The notes under the pieces are model-generated. The model was given only the letters and a program-made list of their open reading frames with translations. It was not told where the DNA came from and made no database searches. This document shows, piece by piece, positions 1-7,908 of a stretch of 24,069 nucleotides of DNA (the first letter of the stretch is position 1; the number at the start of each line of letters is the position of its first letter). The position numbers were made by a program, and so were the translations under genes. Source of the stretch: an uncultured bacterium (GTDB lineage: Bacteria > CSSED10-310 > CAZUFC01); contig CAZUFC010000123.1 in the NCBI GenBank assembly GCA_964619725.1, positions 1-24,069 of the forward strand. The letters are read 5' to 3'.

Positions 1-54
1 TGACTGTCCAGCATTAAATTTTGAATCGACAATCGAGTTTATGGACAGGCACTA
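1..54. mobile_element. 53-bp MITE copy, left end clipped by the window edge
   Basis: 1-52 matches the reverse complement of 22111-22162 at 48/52 positions and ends TGGACAGGCAC|TA. Confidence 0.75.
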
Positions 55-196
55 TTTATTGAATAAAAATGAAAGAATACTTGACGGAAGCGTTATTGAA
101 ATCACGTCCGATAAAGTAATATTTGAAAAGGAAATAGTAGACGGTTCGGGCAGAATTAAAAATGCTCGGGAGATGGAGATAAATCTCCAAAAATAA
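2..196 (+). CDS. C-terminal fragment of a PilP-like type IV pilus assembly protein; 5' part outside the window, probably MITE-interrupted
   Basis: Frame 2 from 53 reads YLLNKNERILDGSVIEITSDKVIFEKEIVDGSGRIKNAREMEINLQK*, resembling the PilP C-terminal beta domain (G.V..IT.D.V...E.V.D..G). Recognised by eye only. Confidence 0.45.
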   Translation, partial: DCPALNFESTIEFMDRHYLLNKNERILDGSVIEITSDKVIFEKEIVDGSGRIKNAREMEINLQK

Positions 197-453
197 TTAC
201 ATTTTTAAAGCCATCAGCTTTTCAGCCAGATAGCACAAATGAGACCTCAAGGTTTCATTAGGGTCGTGAATGCCGTTATAGTATTTGAAGTGTAAAATGA
301 AAATGATTCGTCTATTGTGTTAAGCGTGTATAAAAGTGAGATTAAAAAGGGGCAGAGACGATGATGTCGATGCGAGTCTCTCCGGTCGAAGCAGGAACAT
401 TGGCGTATCGGTTTTTTTCTTCTTGCGGAACCACGAACGCTTATTCAATTATT

Positions 454-608
454 GGGACTGATCAAACCGGGGTTACACTTCTTCCATAACTTTTTACAGT
501 TTGTTTCAGTTATCCGCGTCGGGGTCGGTATCGCCTTCGAAATCGAAACAAAATGATGGGTGATTCTATCAGATTGTAACCTCAAAAGACGCATTTTTGA
601 TCAATGCC
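454..608 (+). mobile_element. GG...CC MITE, copy 1 (155 bp)
   Basis: Ends GGGACTGATCAAA ... TTTGATCAATGCC; flanks CAATTATT (446-453) and GAATTATT (609-616) form a 7/8 direct repeat; homologous to 1722-1868 and 21798-21957. Confidence 0.85.
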
Positions 609-750
609 GAATTATTATATCTCCCGGCCCTTTGCAGATTGCATAATGACCGAATTGTAACCTCGAAAACCGATATTTGAGAAATCCCAACTTTTCCCAG
701 GAATCGCCGCGAAGCGGCCCGATTAATTCTCGTATAGCGAGAATTAATGA

Positions 751-779
751 TTGACAATGGAATTCAAGATTGTGATAAT
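751..779 (+). promoter_or_regulatory. Sigma70-type promoter for the downstream barrel gene
   Basis: TTGACA (751-756), 17 bp, GATAAT (774-779), with extended -10 TG at 771-772. Confidence 0.65.
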
Positions 780-893
780 TCAAAATTGTGTGAAGGACGG
801 CGCTGCGGATCAGCGTCCTCCGCTCTTTATCCGCTCATGAAACGGAACATATTGTGGATACTGAACGTGAAAAGAAATGCAATGGAGAAAAAC

Positions 894-1571
894 ATGAAAT
901 CTTTGGTCATTAGCATCACGGCCCTGATACATCTCTTTCTTTTATTTCTATGGATTCCGGAAGTCGGCGCCCTTACGTGCCAGGATTGTTATTGGACTTT
1001 CGACATCGGGTTCGGCAATCCTTCATGCAACTGGGTGACCAGAGAATGGTACTCGGACAGCGCCCATGCCTACGGTCATAAATATACGGTTGAAGACAAT
1101 GATGCGCTCATCCTGAACCTGGGCATGTTGTCCGGCCTGGAAAGATCGCATGTCACCAGATTCGGACTTGAACTGCTGATGATAGAAGGGACCATCTACG
1201 ATCGTTATTCCAGTTATGCGTTCTCCGAAGAATACTATGACGAATATCACACGCGCCTTAACGTCGGCGACCTGGAATATGAAGCCGCCGGCGTTTACGG
1301 AAGTTATAATTACCTGTTCTGCAAAGGCGCCTGTAAATACGTCGAACCCTTCGCCGGCGTCACGCTGAGCGTCAATCACGTGTCGATGAACGGCGATCCG
1401 GATAAATACTTCACCGGAAAAGAAGAATATTCCGCAGACATTAAACCGGAAGCCGGGTTCCTAGTGTTGCTTACCGACAGATTGTTCATTCGCCTGACTT
1501 CGGGATACCGCGTCACTATATCAGGTTTCCAGGGCTTCGAATTCAGCACAGGCGCAGGCTGGCGCTTCTGA
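894..1571 (+). CDS. Putative outer-membrane beta-barrel protein
   Basis: ATG 894 has GGAG at 884-887; signal peptide MKSLVISITALIHLFLLFLWIPEVGA; alternating amphipathic strands; C-terminal ...GAGWRF Bam-signal-like motif. The 747 start of the ORF track overlaps the promoter. Confidence 0.7.
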   Translation: MKSLVISITALIHLFLLFLWIPEVGALTCQDCYWTFDIGFGNPSCNWVTREWYSDSAHAYGHKYTVEDNDALILNLGMLSGLERSHVTRFGLELLMIEGTIYDRYSSYAFSEEYYDEYHTRLNVGDLEYEAAGVYGSYNYLFCKGACKYVEPFAGVTLSVNHVSMNGDPDKYFTGKEEYSADIKPEAGFLVLLTDRLFIRLTSGYRVTISGFQGFEFSTGAGWRF

Positions 1572-1721
1572 TCACTTTCCTTTTTCCCAAAATTCAAACA
1601 TCTGCATTTGATAAAACGGTCAACAGAAATATTAAAGAGTGGGCGTTTTTATCAATGAAGTTACCACGGCAAAAAGAAAAGATAAATCGTCCTCAGAAGG
1701 CTGTTTATATCTGTAAAAAAG

Positions 1722-1868
1722 GGAACTGATCAAACCGGGGTTACTTGTTTCAAAACGTTTGACGATTTGTTTCTGTAATCGGTATCGCGTTCGGTATCGC
1801 AATCGAAACAAAATGATGGGTGATTCTGTCGGATTGTAACCTCAAAAGACGCTTTTTTGATCAACGCC
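1722..1868 (+). mobile_element. GG...CC MITE, copy 2 (147 bp)
   Basis: GGAACTGATCAAA ... TTTGATCAACGCC with a perfect 8-bp flanking duplication TAAAAAAG (1714-1721 and 1869-1876). Confidence 0.9.
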
Positions 1869-1988
1869 TAAAAAAGCACGGCGGTATAATGCGAACAATT
1901 GATGCTGCAGCCCGGACAGGACCCTGCCTTCACCATGGTTTGTATGTTGTTCCGCCGAAAACTTGTTCCAGCAAGAAAAATTCAGCAA

Positions 1989-3956
1989 TTAATCCGTCAC
2001 GAATTCCATACTCTTCATTGAAAGGCTGTACAATTCACCGAAACCCGGTTCCAGCAGTGCAGACATCCAGGTGTAAGTTCCCATGGGCAGATCGACCGGC
2101 AGGGGAATCTCAAACAAGAGGGTTTGTCCGACAAAAAATTCGTCGGGAAGCGACATATCAGGCGCGGCAGGCTCCGGGTCCTCGGTAAAGTCGGCGCCGT
2201 CAAAAAAGAACACCGAATTATCGGGCAGCATCAGCGCTATAAAGGCATCGCAGAGAGCCGATTCGCCGCTGTAATTGCTGATGTTGATTCCGACGCCCAT
2301 GGTGGAGCCGTTGGTGAAGATTTCCGGCGAACAGAGTATCGACATCTGCGGAGATTCCTGCTCTGGAATGACGTGGAATCCGGCATAGGAATACTGACTG
2401 TCAGGATTGGTGACCGAAAGGTAACGCGGACCGGGTTCTATATTCGCGGGAACGGCCAGAATGACTTCCCAATTCCCGGCGTCCGTCATGTTGTATGAAA
2501 TGATTGAAATGCCGGAGTTTTCCAGGCGTAATGCGTATTCCGGCAGAAGTTCGACTTTTCCGTTGCCTGAGAATCCGGTTCCTGTCAGAGTAATTGTTTT
2601 CGTCCCGCCTGGAACTACTATATGAGGCGAAATCTGCTCGATAACCGGCGCTTCGCCCATTTCTTCAGTAGAACGGAGAACAAAATCAATGCCTTCCAGC
2701 GTTTCACCCTGACTGAGCTGTAATACGTCGGCTTCAGCCAATGTCGTCGTCATCTCTTTACCGTCCCAGATTTGCGAAATATACCCTTCGGCGATGACGG
2801 CCACTCCGAACGAAGCGCCCGGCGCCAGGCCATACATCTCATAATGCCCGCTTGAGTCGGTGTAAGCGTATCGCTGATTATGCGGTAAAACGCCGTTAAA
2901 AACATCGGCGATGTAAAAATCGTAAAGAAGCGCGCCTTCCACCGGATCGCCGGCGCTGTTCGTTACCGTGCCCCTGATCAATCCTGAAGCCCCCTTAAGC
3001 TGGATATCGATTCCTGTCGCTTCTCCTCCGGGAGGCAGCGCAGCAGATTGCGCATTATCCGGGATGAAACGGTCGGGATAAAAAGCTGATGGTATATCAT
3101 AATAGGCAAACTCAGGATGAAAGCGGGTCCTGGCCAACACCAGGTAACTCCGCCCCGCCGGTACATTCTGAACCTCATAGTATCCCGTTTCATCCGTTAT
3201 TACCGTCGCGTACGCCGCTCCGCTCACGTCGTCTATCAGCGTCACGCCCACCTGATCCAATGGCGTTCCCATGCCGGCCGTCACCGTTCCCGATATAGTC
3301 CCCGATTCTATAACGCTGATCTCCAATCCCGCAACATCGTCATTCACCATAACCGGAAAATGCTCGGCATAAGATGAACCGTCCGCACCATAAACCATAA
3401 TCGCATAAATTCCCTGCGGTAAATTCAACGAATATGACCCGTTCGTCGCTGAAGACGTCGCCCCGGTCAATCCCCAGTAATAATATCCCGTCGTATTGTC
3501 ATATGCAAACAGCGATGCCTCTACAGCCCCATCCGCTTCGTTTATGACCCTTCCTTCTACCTGATAACCCGCCCATAAATAAAAATTCACGTCCGGGACC
3601 GGTCCCTCCGTCGTGTCAATTAATGTCGCATAATATGGAGTCGCTGATCCATAGTAATACTGCGCCTGATAGCGACTCTCCGTGTCGTTCGGATTCGCCG
3701 CTACGTAATACGAATATGCCTCCGGAACGCTCAGCGACCACGCACCCGTCGAATCGCTTACCGTCTCATATACCGTCGTATCCTCTCCCGTGCTGTCCAA
3801 TGCCGATACCTTCACTCCCCCCACCGCTGTCGTACCATAATAATCGTATACCGTTCCGCTGATCGTTTCCGCTCCTGAACAATAATTAAAACTCATCGTT
3901 AAAATGAAGGCAATTATCCCCGGTATCGTCGCATGAAAATAATGTCCTTTGTTCAC
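1989..3956 (-). CDS. Secreted protein with ~4 carboxypeptidase-regulatory/Cna-B-like repeats, an IPT/TIG-like domain and an acidic C-terminal beta domain
   Basis: GTG start with purine-rich RBS; N-terminal hydrophobic signal; repeats ISGTV...V.GV.V...TD..G.Y.....PG.Y; 'PVIEQISP...PGGTKTITLTGTGF...VTNPD' is IPT-like. Confidence 0.75.
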   Translation of the reverse strand: MNKGHYFHATIPGIIAFILTMSFNYCSGAETISGTVYDYYGTTAVGGVKVSALDSTGEDTTVYETVSDSTGAWSLSVPEAYSYYVAANPNDTESRYQAQYYYGSATPYYATLIDTTEGPVPDVNFYLWAGYQVEGRVINEADGAVEASLFAYDNTTGYYYWGLTGATSSATNGSYSLNLPQGIYAIMVYGADGSSYAEHFPVMVNDDVAGLEISVIESGTISGTVTAGMGTPLDQVGVTLIDDVSGAAYATVITDETGYYEVQNVPAGRSYLVLARTRFHPEFAYYDIPSAFYPDRFIPDNAQSAALPPGGEATGIDIQLKGASGLIRGTVTNSAGDPVEGALLYDFYIADVFNGVLPHNQRYAYTDSSGHYEMYGLAPGASFGVAVIAEGYISQIWDGKEMTTTLAEADVLQLSQGETLEGIDFVLRSTEEMGEAPVIEQISPHIVVPGGTKTITLTGTGFSGNGKVELLPEYALRLENSGISIISYNMTDAGNWEVILAVPANIEPGPRYLSVTNPDSQYSYAGFHVIPEQESPQMSILCSPEIFTNGSTMGVGINISNYSGESALCDAFIALMLPDNSVFFFDGADFTEDPEPAAPDMSLPDEFFVGQTLLFEIPLPVDLPMGTYTWMSALLEPGFGELYSLSMKSMEFVTD

Positions 3957-4267
3957 TTCCCTCTCCTTTTATTAAGTATCCTGAATAATTATATTTTTCT
4001 CGTCTCAACTGCTTTTTAATTCCTCTTATTCTCGTCAACCCTTGAGAATCACCAGAATTCCAAATTAACATTATCAGAAAATAAACGTACAGGCAAATCT
4101 CAGTCTCAAAGCCTCCAGGCCGCCGGCCTCTGCCGTTCGGAAAATCTGAACGCTCGTAACAGGTATTGTATGAGAAATGCAGACCGGCATTTATGAGCGC
4201 CGAATGCTTCTGCATGGCCTTGCACATAAAAATGTACTATAAAAGAAAATGTGAAAAAGGAGGAACC

Positions 4268-4369
4268 ATGGCAAAACAGAATTTGACTCTGGCGCTTCCC
4301 AAAGAACTTATCAAAAAAGCTAAAATTATTGCCGTTAAAAATGATACGTCGCTCAGCCTCAGAATTTAA
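4268..4369 (+). pseudogene. Truncated ribbon-helix-helix (CopG/DUF6364-like) antitoxin
   Basis: AAGGAGG RBS, then MAKQNLTLALPKELIKKAKIIAVKNDTSLS, a typical RHH strand-helix start; it breaks off where the convergent gene's stop codon (4359) begins. Confidence 0.65.
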
Positions 4370-5633
4370 ACCGCAGGGAGAGCGAAAAGGCCGGCCCGCG
4401 TTCTGTCGCCAGGACAAGTCGCTTATTATCCGTTTCTTCCTCGTTTCGATCCCATCCGTAGGCCCTGAAACCTGCCGTGAAGTCCAGGACGACGAATTCG
4501 GAAGGAATGAAACCAATTCTTCCCCCGGAAATAAGGTCGGTTCCTTCCCAGTCGGCATCGAAATTCCATTCTATTGGTTCGGGATGCAGTCTTTCCCGCC
4601 TTTCAATGCTCCATCTTTCATAGTAAATGAAGAATCCTACGAGAAAATTGTCGTTAGGAAAAAAATCCATCCCCAAATCGATTCCGGCGGTGTTCTGAGA
4701 CTTTCGATAATGCCCCGGAGCATCAGGTGAGTCTGCGAAGTCGCTGAAGGAATCGCCTTCCAGCTCCATTCGGGTGAGGAACAGAGCGGCTTTCAGGGAT
4801 ATGTTTTTGTTTCTTGAGTATGCTTCGGCTGAGGTTTCAAACCTTATGTCATTGCCGGAATAATCGGCTGTCAGGTCATATTCATCGTATTCTGTGAAAT
4901 CGGTAAGTGTGAGCGTTCCATTTCCGTCCCAGGTTTCCTCTCTTCTGCCGGCCTCGATTACTACCGATAGAATTAAATTCTCCCGCATGAAATGATTCAC
5001 CCCGAAACCGGCAGTCATTATTTTTCTTGATAAGTCCGCTTCTTCCTCATTAACCAGCCTGTATCCGGGATCGTTCGTTACCCGGTCTGTTTCAATCGAG
5101 GGCGTGACGTCCTCATATTTAAGGTAAAAATTAATTGAAGAACTGTCCGTTATGAATATTCGTGAACCCCCTTCCGCTGCGGAAGAATCGATTTCACGGA
5201 CATGCTTCCGCTCCCAGTCGTTCAACGATCCCTCCACCGTCCCGTAATGATCTTCGCGCTCCTCAAAAGTTCGTCCGATGTTGACGAAAAAACGATGGCG
5301 CTTTCTGAATTTTTCATCCAGCCAGAAATTATCGAATGGACCTGGATCGAAACGGCTGGAGATATATCCCTCATATCCCAGCCAGGACTCCCTGTACGAA
5401 TCGGAAAAATCTCCGAAATATTTGAGTTCAGGCCTATTCCTGGACTCTATCCGGTCATATTCGCCTTTTATGTTTTTCATAGCGTATGCGAGAGTAAAAA
5501 CGCCGTGATAATCGAAGGCTGAAACTGCAGCGTTAAACCCGAAGACCAGAACAGCAGCAAAAATGCTGATCCCCGATTTGCGGATAAAGCTGTTGAAAAA
5601 GCGACGCAAAGCAATATCAAGCAATTGTTTCAT
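4359..5633 (-). CDS. Putative outer-membrane beta-barrel protein
   Basis: Signal-peptide-like segment ending AVSA-F; aromatic and acidic alternating strands; C-terminus FSLSLRFKF. Start could be 5633 (ATG) or 5660 (TTG). Confidence 0.65.
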   Translation of the reverse strand: MKQLLDIALRRFFNSFIRKSGISIFAAVLVFGFNAAVSAFDYHGVFTLAYAMKNIKGEYDRIESRNRPELKYFGDFSDSYRESWLGYEGYISSRFDPGPFDNFWLDEKFRKRHRFFVNIGRTFEEREDHYGTVEGSLNDWERKHVREIDSSAAEGGSRIFITDSSSINFYLKYEDVTPSIETDRVTNDPGYRLVNEEEADLSRKIMTAGFGVNHFMRENLILSVVIEAGRREETWDGNGTLTLTDFTEYDEYDLTADYSGNDIRFETSAEAYSRNKNISLKAALFLTRMELEGDSFSDFADSPDAPGHYRKSQNTAGIDLGMDFFPNDNFLVGFFIYYERWSIERRERLHPEPIEWNFDADWEGTDLISGGRIGFIPSEFVVLDFTAGFRAYGWDRNEEETDNKRLVLATERGPAFSLSLRFKF

Positions 5634-5744
5634 CAGCGCAAGCCGTCCTTTGAAAATCAATATTTGATTGAACCGAAATTTAAAACCGCCTGTTCGTCAT
5701 TAAACAATCCAACGTTCCTTTTCTTCAAACCTGCCGCCCATTAA

Positions 5745-5805
5745 CTCTTCCGATCTTCCGATCTTCCAATCACCCGAACTTCCTGTCTTCTCGCCTTCCC
5801 TCTTC
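5745..5805. repeat. Degenerate 8-bp tandem repeat (ATCTTCCG-like, ~7 units)
   Basis: ctcttccg atcttccg atcttcca atcacccg aacttcct gtcttctc gccttccc, directly after the PhoH stop codon. Confidence 0.65.
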
Positions 5806-7128
5806 TCAAAGCCGTTTCGATGCCGCCTCGGCCAGGAGTGATCTTTCGCCTTTCACCAGGGTGACGTGACCGATCAGAGGATCGCCTTTCATTCTTTCGA
5901 TGACGTAGGATAGCCCGTTCGTTGTGGAGTCGAGGAAGGGGTTATCGATCTGGTAGAGATCGCCTGTCAGGACTATTTTGGTTTTTTCGCCGGCGCGAGT
6001 GATGATGGTTTTTATTTCCAGCGGATTAAGGTTCTGAGTTTCATCGATAATGATGTACTGTCCCGGTATGCTGCGGCCTCTGATATAGGTGAGGGCTTCT
6101 ATTTCCAGGATACCCATGTCCATCAGGCTTGCGTAACCCGAATATTTGTCCCGGCCCGGCTTTGTGCCGCCCATTATCAATTCAAGATTGTCGAAGATGG
6201 GTTGCATCCAGGGATGGAGTTTTTCCTGCACGTCGCCGGGCAAAAACCCGATGTCTTTTCCCATCGGGTATATGGGGCGGCTGACCAGCATTCGGAAATA
6301 TTTATTCTCTTCCGTAACCTTGTGCAAGCCGCAGGCCAGAGCCAGAAGCGTCTTGCCCGTTCCAGCAACGCCGGCTAGGGTCACGAGTTTCACGTTATCC
6401 TTTAACAGCAGGTTAAACGCGCATCTCTGTTCTATATTGCGGGGCATGATTCCCCAGATGCTTTCCTGAAAGTCCGGCACAGGTTCCAGGACCTTCTTAA
6501 AATGATTGTAATAGGCCGGTTCTTTGTTCTCTGCATTTTTCACGTCCGTCATTAACACGTGCTGATTCGGCAAAAGGTCTGAAACGTCCGGCTTCAATTC
6601 ATTCCCCTGCCGGAGTTTTTCAATTTGAGTCTCTTCCGCTTCAATATGCCTCATCCCTGAATACATCTTCTCCGGTTCGATCTTCTCCGGTTTGTAATCG
6701 TCCGACGGTATCCCCAGCGCATTGGCCTTCAAACGCATATTCGTGTCGCGGGAAACGAACCGCACAGGCTGGTCCTCTTCCGTTTCTTTTATGGTCATCA
6801 GTATTTCGAGTATCCTGTTGTCCTCTGTCGTCTTGTTGAAACCGTAAGGCAACTGACTCAGGTCACGACTCCCGAAAACCACCCGTATCTTTCCGCGGTC
6901 CTCCCCCTTCAAATCCACTCCCCCGGCCAAGTCACCCTTTTTCCGAAGCTCATCCAGTTGCCGGGATACCTGACGGGCATTGCGCCCCAGTCCGTTCAGG
7001 TTCTTCTTGAACTGATCCAGCTCCTCAATTACCGTTATGGGGATCGCCAGATCATTGTCCGCAAATCCATACAACGCATTGGGATCATAAAGAAATACGT
7101 TCGTATCCAATACATATGTTTTTTTCAT
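5806..7128 (-). CDS. PIN + PhoH ATPase protein (PhoH2/YlaK type)
   Basis: N-terminal PIN motif YVLDTNVFL...IPITVIEELD, DNRIL; Walker A GVAGTGKT; GFLPGD, YIRGRS, IIIDETQN, LTGDLYQID. Confidence 0.95.
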   Translation of the reverse strand: MKKTYVLDTNVFLYDPNALYGFADNDLAIPITVIEELDQFKKNLNGLGRNARQVSRQLDELRKKGDLAGGVDLKGEDRGKIRVVFGSRDLSQLPYGFNKTTEDNRILEILMTIKETEEDQPVRFVSRDTNMRLKANALGIPSDDYKPEKIEPEKMYSGMRHIEAEETQIEKLRQGNELKPDVSDLLPNQHVLMTDVKNAENKEPAYYNHFKKVLEPVPDFQESIWGIMPRNIEQRCAFNLLLKDNVKLVTLAGVAGTGKTLLALACGLHKVTEENKYFRMLVSRPIYPMGKDIGFLPGDVQEKLHPWMQPIFDNLELIMGGTKPGRDKYSGYASLMDMGILEIEALTYIRGRSIPGQYIIIDETQNLNPLEIKTIITRAGEKTKIVLTGDLYQIDNPFLDSTTNGLSYVIERMKGDPLIGHVTLVKGERSLLAEAASKRL

Positions 7129-7280
7129 TTCGACAACCTCGCTCTCGTTTCCTTAAACCCGATACTCAATCTCATGATGAAAATCAGGCCCTCTATTTTT
7201 TTCTATACCGCTCTGTTGCATCCTTCTGACCATAACTCATTCTTAATATCATAAAGCTATATTAAATGACAACCCGGAGC

Positions 7281-7344
7281 TTCCGGCCCTTAAATTCGGA
7301 TACAAAAAAAACGCATTCTTCTTGTATCCGAATTTAAGCCGGAA
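7281..7344. repeat. Long inverted repeat in the divergent intergenic region
   Basis: CTTAAATTCGGATACAA (7289-7305) and TTGTATCCGAATTTAAG (7322-7338) are perfect 17-bp arms, extended by TTCCGG/CCGGAA after a 2-nt bulge. Confidence 0.85.
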
Positions 7345-7354
7345 ACAAAAATGT

Positions 7355-7383
7355 TTGCATATGATTCCCATAACGTGTAAAAT
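7355..7383 (+). promoter_or_regulatory. Sigma70-type promoter for hsp20-lon
   Basis: TTGCAT (7355-7360), 17 bp, TAAAAT (7378-7383). Confidence 0.5.
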
Positions 7384-7446
7384 TACCCGAATAGGCCGTC
7401 AGCCGGCTTGATTCATCGTAGATTCCGGTTGATTGGGAGGTTTATT

Positions 7447-7893
7447 ATGGATGATAAATTAAGTTTTTCATTGAATGAATTTGAAAAACTGAGTCAAAAA
7501 ATGCAGAAAATATTCAATGATCTCATCAGTCAGGGCTCACCTCTGCTGAAATACACCGACAAGGGATGGATTCCCTCGGTCGACGTGTATGAGACCGAAA
7601 ACCACATGATAGTGATAGTGGAAGCGGCTGGAGTCGCCAGGGAAGACATGAACGTGACTCTGCAGCAGAATATATTGACCGTTCAAGGTATTCGAAGAAA
7701 CAGAATTACTGACAAAAAGGAAAAGCTTCATCAGATGGAGATAGATTTCGGGGAGTTCAACAGAGTCATACCGCTTACGGTTCAAGTGATGGAAGAGGAG
7801 ATTACGGCTAAATTCAAAGATGGATTACTGGTTATTTATTTGCCGAAAATGCAGAAAACCCTGTCACGAGAAATAAAGATCAATGAAAAATAG
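7447..7893 (+). CDS. Hsp20/alpha-crystallin small heat-shock protein
   Basis: GGGAGG RBS at 7435-7440; WIPSVDVYET, EIDFGEFNRVIPL, AKFKDGLLVIYLPK; adjacent to lon. Confidence 0.93.
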   Translation: MDDKLSFSLNEFEKLSQKMQKIFNDLISQGSPLLKYTDKGWIPSVDVYETENHMIVIVEAAGVAREDMNVTLQQNILTVQGIRRNRITDKKEKLHQMEIDFGEFNRVIPLTVQVMEEEITAKFKDGLLVIYLPKMQKTLSREIKINEK

Positions 7894-7908
7894 AGGAGAA
7901 ATGTATAA

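Noticed and set aside
747-893. N-terminal extension of the first barrel ORF
   Set aside because: It overlaps a near-consensus promoter; ATG 894 has an RBS and gives a proper signal peptide.
7340-7385. Sigma32 promoter or CIRCE element before hsp20-lon
   Set aside because: Only a partial CCCATAA with no CTTGAA at the right spacing; no TTAGCACTC-N9-GAGTGCTAA.
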